Below, one piece after another: positions 25,110 to 32,000 of a stretch of 32,000 bases of DNA. The DNA comes from Candidatus Electrothrix yaqonensis (GTDB lineage Bacteria > Desulfobacterota > Desulfobulbia > Desulfobulbales > Desulfobulbaceae). The notes under the pieces were generated by a model that was given only the letters and a program-made list of their open reading frames with translations, did not search any database and was not told where the DNA came from. The stretch lies in contig CP178758.1 of assembly GCA_047651235.1 (NCBI GenBank), positions 1,620,001 to 1,652,000 of the forward strand, written 5' to 3'. A program made the translations under genes and the position numbers. Every line of letters starts with the position of its first letter. The stretch's first letter is position 1.

Positions 25110-25970
25110 ATGAAGATCATGAAAAGCATTTTCGTGTGCAGCCTGTTTTTTCTGGCTTCGGGGCAGGTGCTTGCTGCCGAGCAACCTGCACAGCCGAGCA
25201 GCACTCTGCGTGCATCCAACATCAGCACCTGGAAGCTGAATGTCACGCCGCTTGATTTTGTTCAGTCGCTGGACAACCAGCTGGTTTTTGTCCTGGGAGA
25301 TGACAGCAAAGTGCATATCTATTCTGTCGATGGCGTGGAAAAGGGAAGCGTACCGGTCGCTAAAGAAACAGTGGCCATTGATATTGCGCCGCGCGGAGAG
25401 ATGCTCTTTCTTGTGGACAGCAATAAAACCTACACCGCGCTTGATATCTCCTTTGCCCACGATATCGACACAACCGGTTCTCCGTTTATCGGAAAAAAAG
25501 ATGCACCTGTAACTCTGGTTGTATTTTCTGATTTTCAATGCCCGTTCTGCAGCAAGGTGCAGCCTCTGCTGGACAAAATCCTGGAGAGCAATCCGGGTAA
25601 ACTGAAAATTGTGTTCAAGCATCTGCCGCTCCAGATGCATAAACAGGCCCGTCCTGCTGCGCTTGCTTCTATCGCAGCCCAGGAACAGGGGAAATTCTGG
25701 GAAATGCATGATGCCCTCTTTGCAGTTTCCAAAAAACTGAATAAAGAGACCATCGAGAAGGCAGCAACTGATATCGGCCTGGATATGGAAAAGTTTAAAA
25801 AGGACTGGACCAGCCCTGCTGTTGAGGAAAAGCTGAAAAAGGATATGATGGACGCCGGAAAAGCCGGGGTCGGCGGAACGCCCAGCCTGTACATTAACGG
25901 TCGTCAGGTGAAAGGCCGCGGCACGAATATCCTGCAGAAGATGATTGATCAGGAACTGGCCCAGAAATAA
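25110..25970 (+). CDS. DsbA-family thiol:disulfide oxidoreductase fused to an N-terminal copy of the same ~80-aa module
   Basis: The SD is AAGGAGAAAG and a signal peptide is present. The module (aa ~37-115) includes DIAPRGEMLFLVDS. It is followed by VVFSDFQCPFCSKV (CxxC) and GGTPSLYINGR (cis-Pro loop region) of the DsbA/Thioredoxin_4 fold. Confidence 0.75.
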   Translation: MKIMKSIFVCSLFFLASGQVLAAEQPAQPSSTLRASNISTWKLNVTPLDFVQSLDNQLVFVLGDDSKVHIYSVDGVEKGSVPVAKETVAIDIAPRGEMLFLVDSNKTYTALDISFAHDIDTTGSPFIGKKDAPVTLVVFSDFQCPFCSKVQPLLDKILESNPGKLKIVFKHLPLQMHKQARPAALASIAAQEQGKFWEMHDALFAVSKKLNKETIEKAATDIGLDMEKFKKDWTSPAVEEKLKKDMMDAGKAGVGGTPSLYINGRQVKGRGTNILQKMIDQELAQK

Positions 25971-26000
25971 GCCGCAGACGCAAAACGATTTTTCTCTATT

Positions 26001-27002
26001 TTGAGTCTAAAACAGGGATTGACCGGCGAGACCCAGCAGAACCTGGAATTTGAGGATTACTCTGTTGCCCAGGTTCTGTTCGGTGTGTTGAACCATAACC
26101 TCAACACTGTGGAGCAGGCCGTCGGGGTCCGTATCCACGACAAAGGCAATCTGCTGCATATTACCGGCAGAGGCCATGCTGTGGAACTTGCTGTTTCTCT
26201 GCTCTCCCAGCTCTATGACCTGATCCGGCAGGGATATCCTGTGTTCAGTCAGGATATTGCCTTTGGCATTAAGATTCTTGAGTCTTCCCCTGATACGCCT
26301 TTGTCGGAAATCTTTCTCGATAAAGTCTGCATCACGGCACAAAAGCGGGTTATCTCCCCCAAGAGTGTCAATCAGAAAAACTATATCGAGGCCATCCGGA
26401 AAAATGATATTGTTTTCGGGATTGGCCCGGCAGGCACCGGCAAGACCTATCTGGCCGTGGCAATGGCGATATCTGCCTTGGCATCGGAACAGGTGCAGCG
26501 GATTATCCTGACCCGACCGGCTGTGGAGGCTGGCGAAAAGCTCGGCTTTTTGCCCGGAGATATGGCCCAGAAGGTTGACCCGTATCTCCGGCCGCTGACC
26601 GACGCTCTGAACGATATGCTGGGCGGTGAAAGGGTCGGCGAGCTGATCGAACGCGGTGTTATTGAAATTGCGCCGCTCGCCTTTATGCGCGGTAGAACCC
26701 TGAACAACGGGTTTATTATTCTGGATGAGGCGCAAAATACCACAGGTGAGCAGATGAAGATGTTCCTCACCAGGATCGGCTTTGATGCCAAGGCGGTAAT
26801 CACCGGTGATATCACCCAGGTTGATCTCCCCGGTCGGCAGACGTCCGGGCTGGTGGAGGCCGGTCAGATTCTACAGGACATTGACGGTATCCGTTTTTGC
26901 CGTTTTGACCGCAGCGATGTTGTCCGGCATCCGCTGGTGCAGAAAATTATCCGGGCCTATGCCCAGTGTTCCCATTGTCAGTGCGGTCAGTCCGAAAAAT
27001 AA
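26001..27002 (+). CDS. phoH: PhoH-family ATPase (PhoH/YbeZ)
   Basis: The Walker A motif is GPAGTGKTYLAVAMA. ILTRPAVEAGEKLGFLPGD, FMRGRT and ILDEAQN are PhoH signatures. The TTG start at 26001 is uncertain. Confidence 0.85.
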   Translation: MSLKQGLTGETQQNLEFEDYSVAQVLFGVLNHNLNTVEQAVGVRIHDKGNLLHITGRGHAVELAVSLLSQLYDLIRQGYPVFSQDIAFGIKILESSPDTPLSEIFLDKVCITAQKRVISPKSVNQKNYIEAIRKNDIVFGIGPAGTGKTYLAVAMAISALASEQVQRIILTRPAVEAGEKLGFLPGDMAQKVDPYLRPLTDALNDMLGGERVGELIERGVIEIAPLAFMRGRTLNNGFIILDEAQNTTGEQMKMFLTRIGFDAKAVITGDITQVDLPGRQTSGLVEAGQILQDIDGIRFCRFDRSDVVRHPLVQKIIRAYAQCSHCQCGQSEK

Positions 27003-27084
27003 TCCCCCTTGGTCAGTCAGACAACCGTAGCCTGTCGGTTTTGTCCTGCATTTCTGCATTATACAGCATTCCCTCCAGAATCCG

Positions 27085-27861
27085 ATGAAACCAATTCTGA
27101 AAATAAAAAACCTGCGCAAGACCTTTGCCGATTTTACTGCGGTCAACAATATCAGCCTGGAAGTGCAGGCCGGGGAGATCTTCGGCTTCTTAGGGCCGAA
27201 CGGTGCAGGCAAGACCACCACAATCAAGATTCTGGCTGGACTGCTGCAGCCGGACAGCGGCACCGTGACCATCAACGGCAATTCCCTTGCTGAACAGCCG
27301 CTGGCCTGCAAACAGGACACCGGGTATGTCCCGGATCGGCCCTGGCTGTTTGAAAAGCTCACCGGCGGAGAGTATCTGCAGTTTGTCGCCAGCCTGTACA
27401 ACCTGCCGGAAGAGCAGTTCAGCGCGGCGGTTCCGCGTTACCTTGAGATGTTTGACCTCAGTCAATGGCAGGATCATCTCATTGAAAGCTATTCACACGG
27501 GATGCGCCAGAAGCTGATTATGACCTCTGTTTTCATGCTGAATCAGCCGCTGATGATCATTGACGAGCCGATGGTCGGGCTTGATCCGAAATCGGCCCGT
27601 CTGGTCAAAGAGGTATTCAAACAGAAAGCCGCAGAGGGCAGCACGATTTTTCTGTCCACCCATTCTCTGGAAATCGCTGAAGAAATCTGTCACCGCATCG
27701 CCATTATCACCAACGGCACCCTGCACATCATCGGGACGATGGCGGAACTGCGGAAAAAAGCCGGGAAGGAAGATCAGGATATTGATCTGGAAGAGATTTT
27801 CCTGGAACTGACCGGTGCCTGGGAGATGAAGCAGGTCATTGCGGCGCTGCAGGAAAGTTAA
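27085..27861 (+). CDS. ABC transporter ATP-binding protein (ABC-2/DrrA-like)
   Basis: It carries the Walker A GPNGAGKTTT, the signature YSHGMRQKL, and the Walker B LMIIDEP. No permease gene follows. Confidence 0.85.
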   Translation: MKPILKIKNLRKTFADFTAVNNISLEVQAGEIFGFLGPNGAGKTTTIKILAGLLQPDSGTVTINGNSLAEQPLACKQDTGYVPDRPWLFEKLTGGEYLQFVASLYNLPEEQFSAAVPRYLEMFDLSQWQDHLIESYSHGMRQKLIMTSVFMLNQPLMIIDEPMVGLDPKSARLVKEVFKQKAAEGSTIFLSTHSLEIAEEICHRIAIITNGTLHIIGTMAELRKKAGKEDQDIDLEEIFLELTGAWEMKQVIAALQES

Positions 27862-27931
27862 GTTTATGCGTTCGGGAAACCTCCCTCAAGTATGAGTCTG
27901 CCGGAAATGACGTGGATTCAGGCTACAACGC

Positions 27932-28135
27932 TCATTCCGTCATCAGCAGAAGATCGTCATCTGGCAAAGGTGTTGCAGCTGTCCATGTCGTAATCACCGT
28001 GCCTTTAAAGCCGAGCAGCTTCACCGCTGCGGGCAGCAGGTTCAACATGGTGCCCCCGCCGCCGGAGCTACCGGAAAATTCCGTGCCGCGCTGATCTTCA
28101 ACATTATCGCTTTTCCGTCTTCCTTCCCAATCCAT
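27932..28135 (-). pseudogene. truncated N-terminal remnant of a YpfJ-family (putative neutral zinc metallopeptidase) gene
   Basis: MDWEGRRKSDNVEDQRG...GSSGGGG matches the very conserved YpfJ N-terminus (M.W.GRR.S.NVED.R). The SD AAGGAGG is intact, but the ORF ends after 67 aa where about 290 are expected. Confidence 0.55.
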
Positions 28136-28381
28136 AGCAGCCTCCTTCAGTGCTGTTGAGAAATTTTCACCTGCAGACAATGCCGTAAGTGATGATGGGT
28201 TCCATCGTCCTGCTTTTTCTCTGTTCTTCTTTACAAAAAAAGTGAGAAGAGAAAAATACCATTGCAGCAGACAAAAGACAACGCATTTACCCAGTCACTC
28301 CCCCATGACAGCACCTTCCGCTGAACGTATCTCAAGGCCATGATACGCATGAACACCATTTTATTCAGTATGCCGCCCGCC

Positions 28382-28430
28382 TTTACAAATTCTTTACAAT
28401 TTTTCTTGTAAACAACAAGTTTCCTTTACA
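28382..28430. promoter_or_regulatory. operator-like array of TTTACAA motifs upstream of the efflux OMF gene
   Basis: TTTACAA at 28382-28388 and 28393-28399, an inverted TTGTAAA at 28406-28412, and TTTACA at 28425-28430. A further copy lies at 28230-28236. Confidence 0.3.
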
Positions 28431-28510
28431 TGTTTTGTGTATTCTATAAACAGGACAGAGCAGCAATCGTGCTGCATGACACATTACGTGTCAAAGCCCA
28501 TTGACTTCTC

Positions 28511-29968
28511 ATGAATAGAAAATCCCCTTTCCGGCCCTTCCGCCATTATTGTTTCCTACCGGTTTTTTTTCTTCTTTTGGCCGGTTGCTCGGCGGTCGGG
28601 CCGGATTATCACAAGCCGGAATTGCCCCCGGTTAAACAGTGGCACTCCCCTCTGCTGAAAGGGCTGCAGGCGGAACAGGTTGATCCGCAGGAGCTGGCAT
28701 CATGGTGGGAGGTGCTGCGGGATAAGCAGCTCTCCGATTTGATGCAGCGGGCCGTGAGCGGAAATTTTGATCTGCAAACCGCAGTGGAACGGGTGGAGCA
28801 GGCCCGTCTGCAGCGGGGTATCATGGAGGCGGAGCAGTTGCCTTCCTTAGATGCTTCGGGCAGTGCTGCCTGGAGACGTGACGGGGAGAACGACAGTTCC
28901 GGCGAAAGCTACGGCCTCAGCTTGGATGCAGGCTGGGAGGCCGACCTGTTCGGCAGTGTCCGTCGTTCCCTTGAGGCGGCGGAAGCTGATCTGCAGACCA
29001 GCCGGGAGAACCTGCGGGATGTGCTGGTCTCCCTAGTGGCTGAGGTTGCGCTGAACTATGTTGAACTGCGCAGTTCCCAGGTGCAGCTGGCCAATGTACG
29101 CAAAAGCCTGGCCATGCAGCGCGAAACCTGGCAGCTGGTCAAGTGGCAGGTCGAAGCCGGGCTGGACGATGAACTGGCCCTGCATCAGGCTCAATATAAT
29201 CTGGAAAGCTCAGAGGCTCAGATTCCCGCGCTGGAGACCTCCCTTGCGGCCTCCATGAACCGGCTGGCTGTGCTGCTTGGTGAGCAGCCGGGTAGCCTGC
29301 ATAAGAAACTTGAGGCGGCACAACTCATTCCCCTGATTCCGACAACCGTGGCTGTCGGGCTGCCTGCCGATGCCATCCGGCGACGACCGGATATCCGCAA
29401 GGCGGAAAGCGAGCTGGTCGCTCAGACCGCACGGGTCGGGGTGGCCACGGCAGAGCTGTACCCGAAACTGCGCCTGAGCGGGGTCATCGGCATCAACGGC
29501 CTGTCGGTTGCCCGTTTTGCGGAGAACCTGTTCAGTCCTTCCTTCTGGGCAGAACAGGCAGGACTCAGCGCTTCCTGGAATATTTTTGATGCCGAAGCAA
29601 TTCGAAAGAATATCCAGGTTCAAAGCTCGCAGCAGCAACAGGCCCTGATTCAGTACGAAGCCGCAGTGCTGGCGGCAATGGAAGAAATCGAAAATGCCCT
29701 GACTGCTTACGTGAATGAACAGAGCAGAAGAGATGCGCTGGCCAGGGCGGTGAAAGAAGCGGAACAGGCCGTTCAGCTGGCCGAGAATAAATACAAAGCC
29801 GGGCTGATCGATTTCACCACCGTGCTGGACACCCAGCGGACTCTGCTTTCCTTTACCAATCAGTTAGCAGGCAGTGAGGGAAACATGGCGGCCAATCTTA
29901 TCCGTCTGTACAAGGCTTTGGGTGGCGGCTGGCCGTGCTGCCCGGAGGATACCGCCCATGCCTCTTGA
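28511..29968 (+). CDS. efflux transporter outer-membrane factor lipoprotein, NodT family
   Basis: The lipobox is LLAGCSAVGPDYHKPELP, the canonical NodT/OprM N-terminus. The C-terminus is LYKALGGGW and the length is 485 aa. Confidence 0.9.
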   Translation: MNRKSPFRPFRHYCFLPVFFLLLAGCSAVGPDYHKPELPPVKQWHSPLLKGLQAEQVDPQELASWWEVLRDKQLSDLMQRAVSGNFDLQTAVERVEQARLQRGIMEAEQLPSLDASGSAAWRRDGENDSSGESYGLSLDAGWEADLFGSVRRSLEAAEADLQTSRENLRDVLVSLVAEVALNYVELRSSQVQLANVRKSLAMQRETWQLVKWQVEAGLDDELALHQAQYNLESSEAQIPALETSLAASMNRLAVLLGEQPGSLHKKLEAAQLIPLIPTTVAVGLPADAIRRRPDIRKAESELVAQTARVGVATAELYPKLRLSGVIGINGLSVARFAENLFSPSFWAEQAGLSASWNIFDAEAIRKNIQVQSSQQQQALIQYEAAVLAAMEEIENALTAYVNEQSRRDALARAVKEAEQAVQLAENKYKAGLIDFTTVLDTQRTLLSFTNQLAGSEGNMAANLIRLYKALGGGWPCCPEDTAHAS

Positions 29969-30017
29969 ACTCCGCCTTACCGTTCCTGATTCCTTCCGAT
30001 TCATATTGCTGTTTCCC

Positions 30018-30046
30018 TTGGGTAATACACCCTGTTCTGGTATAAT
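30018..30046 (+). promoter_or_regulatory. sigma70 promoter with extended -10 for the small membrane-protein gene
   Basis: TTGGGT (30018-30023), a 17-nt spacer and TGgTATAAT (30038-30046), about 65 nt upstream of ATG 30113. Confidence 0.45.
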
Positions 30047-30112
30047 TTGGCGCAGTTCTTTTAGAGATTGCAGCCCGAAAGATACATTCCCTTTTCCCAA
30101 GAGGAAACCATT

Positions 30113-30535
30113 ATGCCCGCACCCTTTACCCCGGAACAGCTGGAAGACCTTTCTCTGAACATAGACGAGCAGCTTGACGAGCTGCGGAACAGCCCATCCC
30201 CGTACAGCGGGACCAAGGCCAGCAAGGAATCCAAGGAGCTTCCTGATCGCACCCCCAAGCAGTGGCAGGCCATTGCCGAGGTGACCGAGGAAGAGCCGCA
30301 GACCTTCTGGCAGCGCTTTAAGCTGGCTGCCCATAAAGATCTCTGTGAGGAAGGCGGGGTGCTCCATGACCAATGGCAGAAATGGGGCGACCTGCGTAAG
30401 GAGTCCGTGCTCAAGTCCTTCGGGGCAATTCTGGTGGCAATGGGCTTTTCCGGTAATGCCCTGCAGGTGCTGGCCGTGGCCGTAGCAGTGATCGTCATGC
30501 ACATAGGCTGCACCGCCATCTGCGCGGAGGACTGA
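30113..30535 (+). CDS. hypothetical small protein: acidic soluble N-terminal part plus C-terminal hydrophobic hairpin
   Basis: SD AAGAGGAAA precedes ATG 30113. The C-terminus VLKSFGAILVAMGFSGNALQVLAVAVAVIVMHIGCTAI forms two hydrophobic segments. The gene ends 2 nt before the next ORF. Confidence 0.55.
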   Translation: MPAPFTPEQLEDLSLNIDEQLDELRNSPSPYSGTKASKESKELPDRTPKQWQAIAEVTEEEPQTFWQRFKLAAHKDLCEEGGVLHDQWQKWGDLRKESVLKSFGAILVAMGFSGNALQVLAVAVAVIVMHIGCTAICAED

Positions 30536-30537
30536 CC

Positions 30538-31476
30538 ATGTCCATAGAATTACGCCTGACCTTCACCGATGCTACCCACGTCATGGTTTCCCTGCTCGGA
30601 GCCAACCCGGATGCCTCTCCGCCTGCCGAGTTCACGAGTCCCCTCAAGGAAGCCGACCTGAACGAACTGCGCTGGTACCTGGAGGACTACGGCACCAGCT
30701 ATGCTGCTGAACCGGATGATGCCCGGGCCAAGGCAGTCGAGGAGCTGGAGCTGAAAAATCCCTACAACCTTGCCGACTATCAGTCCGGCAAGCTCGCAAT
30801 TCTTGACATCAAGGCCAGGGACTCCAACGGACGCTGGATCAACGTGGAGATGCAGATGACCGAGGACCGGAATTTCGATAAACGGGCCATCTACTACTGG
30901 GCCGGGATACTGACCAGGCAGCTTGCCGAGGGCAGTATCTACGAGGAGCTGACCAAGACGATCAGCATCAATATCCTGGACTTCAACTTTGTGCCGGACG
31001 CGGATCGGTTCCACAACCGCTACAAGATCATCAACGTGGATACTCTGAAAGAGGACAGCCTGCATGACATCTTTGAACTGCACTACGTGGAGCTGAAGAA
31101 ATTCCGCAAGCAGTTCCATGAACTCGCGGCTCCGCTCGACCGCTGGGCCGCCTTTCTGTCCCGTGCAGGGGAGCTGGACAAGGAAAAACTTCCCCCGACC
31201 ATTGCCTGCGACCCGGCCCTGGTCAGGGCCGTCATGGCTGTGGACCGGCTGTTCGACGAAGACGAGCGCGAGATCTACGAAGCGCGCAGGCAGGCTATCA
31301 TTGATCAGGAGAGCAAAATCGCCTCTGCCCTGAAAGCGGGGATGGAGCAAGGTATGGAAAAGGGCATCCTCCAGGTTGCCCGGAACCTTCTTGATATTCT
31401 GGATGACGCCGGAATTGCCGAGAAAACAGGTTTGTCTCTTTCTGCTGTGCAGAAGTTGCGGCAAGGAAAGATATAA
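30538..31476 (+). CDS. chimeric ORF: ~66-aa N-terminal fragment of a STAND/TPR/CHAT-type protein fused in frame to an N-terminally truncated Rpn-family PD-(D/E)XK recombination-promoting nuclease/putative transposase
   Basis: From aa ~70 onward, LKNPYNLADYQSGKLAILDIKARDSNGRWINVEMQMTEDRNFDKRAIYYW...ISINILDF...FELHYVELKKF is a typical Rpn/YhgA-like core, with D...E.Q present. The usual ~45-aa N-terminus is absent. It is replaced by MSIELRLTF...FTSPLKEADLNELRWYLEDY...DDARAKAVEE. Confidence 0.65.
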   Translation: MSIELRLTFTDATHVMVSLLGANPDASPPAEFTSPLKEADLNELRWYLEDYGTSYAAEPDDARAKAVEELELKNPYNLADYQSGKLAILDIKARDSNGRWINVEMQMTEDRNFDKRAIYYWAGILTRQLAEGSIYEELTKTISINILDFNFVPDADRFHNRYKIINVDTLKEDSLHDIFELHYVELKKFRKQFHELAAPLDRWAAFLSRAGELDKEKLPPTIACDPALVRAVMAVDRLFDEDEREIYEARRQAIIDQESKIASALKAGMEQGMEKGILQVARNLLDILDDAGIAEKTGLSLSAVQKLRQGKI

Positions 31477-32000
31477 TGGAAAGACCTACAGAGCAGGCGG
31501 ACATTGCCGCCGTCCTGCAGTCATCGCAGAAGAAAGGCGGCAAGTGCAGGCTGTGCCTGCTGGTTCTGGTGCTCTGCTGTGCTGGCGGGGCATTCTTTTA
31601 TTTTCAGCAGAAGCAACCGGAAGGCGGCGGCCCGGAGATGAGCTTTACCACAGAACCGGTTACCATTGACAATCTGGTCGTTACCGTGACCGCTACCGGC
31701 ACCTTGGAGCCGACCAACAAGGTGGATGTGGGCAGCGAACTGTCTGGAAAGGTTGAAGCGGTGATGGCGGATTTTAATGATCAGGTGACCGAGGGGCAGG
31801 TGCTGGCCCGGCTGGATGTGTCCAAGCTCAAGGCCCAGGTCAAGCAGACCGAGGCATCGCTGCAGGCGGCCAAGGCCAGGGTGCTGCAGGCCGAAGCCAC
31901 TATCGAGGAGACCGGCAGTAAACTCAGGCAGCTGCAAAAGGTCTACAAACTCAGCAACGGCAAGATGCCTTCCCGGACAGATATGGACGCGGCCAAGGCT
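31476..32000 (+). CDS. efflux periplasmic adaptor (HlyD/MacA-type membrane fusion protein); the 3' end lies outside the window
   Basis: This ORF is not in the track because it runs off the window. ATG 31476 overlaps the previous stop (TAATG). A TM anchor (CRLCLLVLVLCCAGGAFFYF) is followed by VVTVTATGTLEPTNKVDVGSELSGKVEAV...V.EGQVLARLD and a coiled coil, typical of MacA/HlyD adaptors. Confidence 0.8.
   Translation, partial: MERPTEQADIAAVLQSSQKKGGKCRLCLLVLVLCCAGGAFFYFQQKQPEGGGPEMSFTTEPVTIDNLVVTVTATGTLEPTNKVDVGSELSGKVEAVMADFNDQVTEGQVLARLDVSKLKAQVKQTEASLQAAKARVLQAEATIEETGSKLRQLQKVYKLSNGKMPSRTDMDAAKA

Noticed and set aside
24816-25709. A 297-aa ORF on the minus strand
   Set aside because: It is entirely antisense to the two well-supported plus-strand genes (signal peptides, CPFC thioredoxin motif, SD). 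It has no recognisable motifs and an Arg/His/Phe-rich composition typical of shadow ORFs.
30550-31464. A 304-aa minus-strand ORF
   Set aside because: It is antisense to the Rpn-like ORF, which shows a clear family pattern. The minus-frame product is Gly/Val/Pro-rich shadow sequence.

Overview
The window looks like a chromosomal segment of about 50-55% GC. Gene content suggests a Desulfobacterota (Desulfobulbales-like) organism, but that is inference only. All family calls come from reading motifs in the supplied translations; no searches were run.

Most of the window is housekeeping: an LptD-like 3' end, a DHH phosphoesterase, an MltB-type transglycosylase, pssA, rsmD, coaD, a Rieske/cytochrome b pair, efp, a YfcE-like phosphoesterase, pgl, a PilZ protein, sbcB, a RACo-like [2Fe-2S]/ASKHA protein, phoH and an ABC ATPase. 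Accessory patches and rearrangement scars are scattered among these genes.

1. The strongest signal is a 1.1-kb AT-rich island (about 18470-19576). It holds a compact integron-type gene cassette (18577-19341, minus strand).
- The cassette has a textbook 57-nt attC whose R'' box is exactly complementary to the cassette's own 5' boundary.
- A second, degenerate attC-like hairpin and a motif array lie upstream.
- No integrase is present in the window.
- The island is bracketed by 69-bp direct repeats, which are a duplicated 3' end of a small lipoprotein gene.

2. The second signal lies between an outer-membrane efflux factor gene and its MacA-like adaptor gene.
- An in-frame chimeric ORF (30538-31476) joins about 66 residues typical of the N-terminus of large STAND/TPR/CHAT-type proteins to an N-terminally truncated Rpn/PD-(D/E)XK recombination-promoting nuclease.
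- It is preceded by a small membrane protein gene with its own promoter.

Other items:
- an AsnB-like / MBOAT / AlgX-AlgJ-like polymer-modification trio
- an ~80-aa module present three times across two genes, one copy fused to a DsbA-type thioredoxin
- a lipoprotein solute-binding domain with a C-terminal TM helix and coiled coil, next to a TerB-like gene
- gene remnants (an LRR N-terminus and a YpfJ N-terminus)

No rRNA, tRNA or CRISPR array was recognised by eye.
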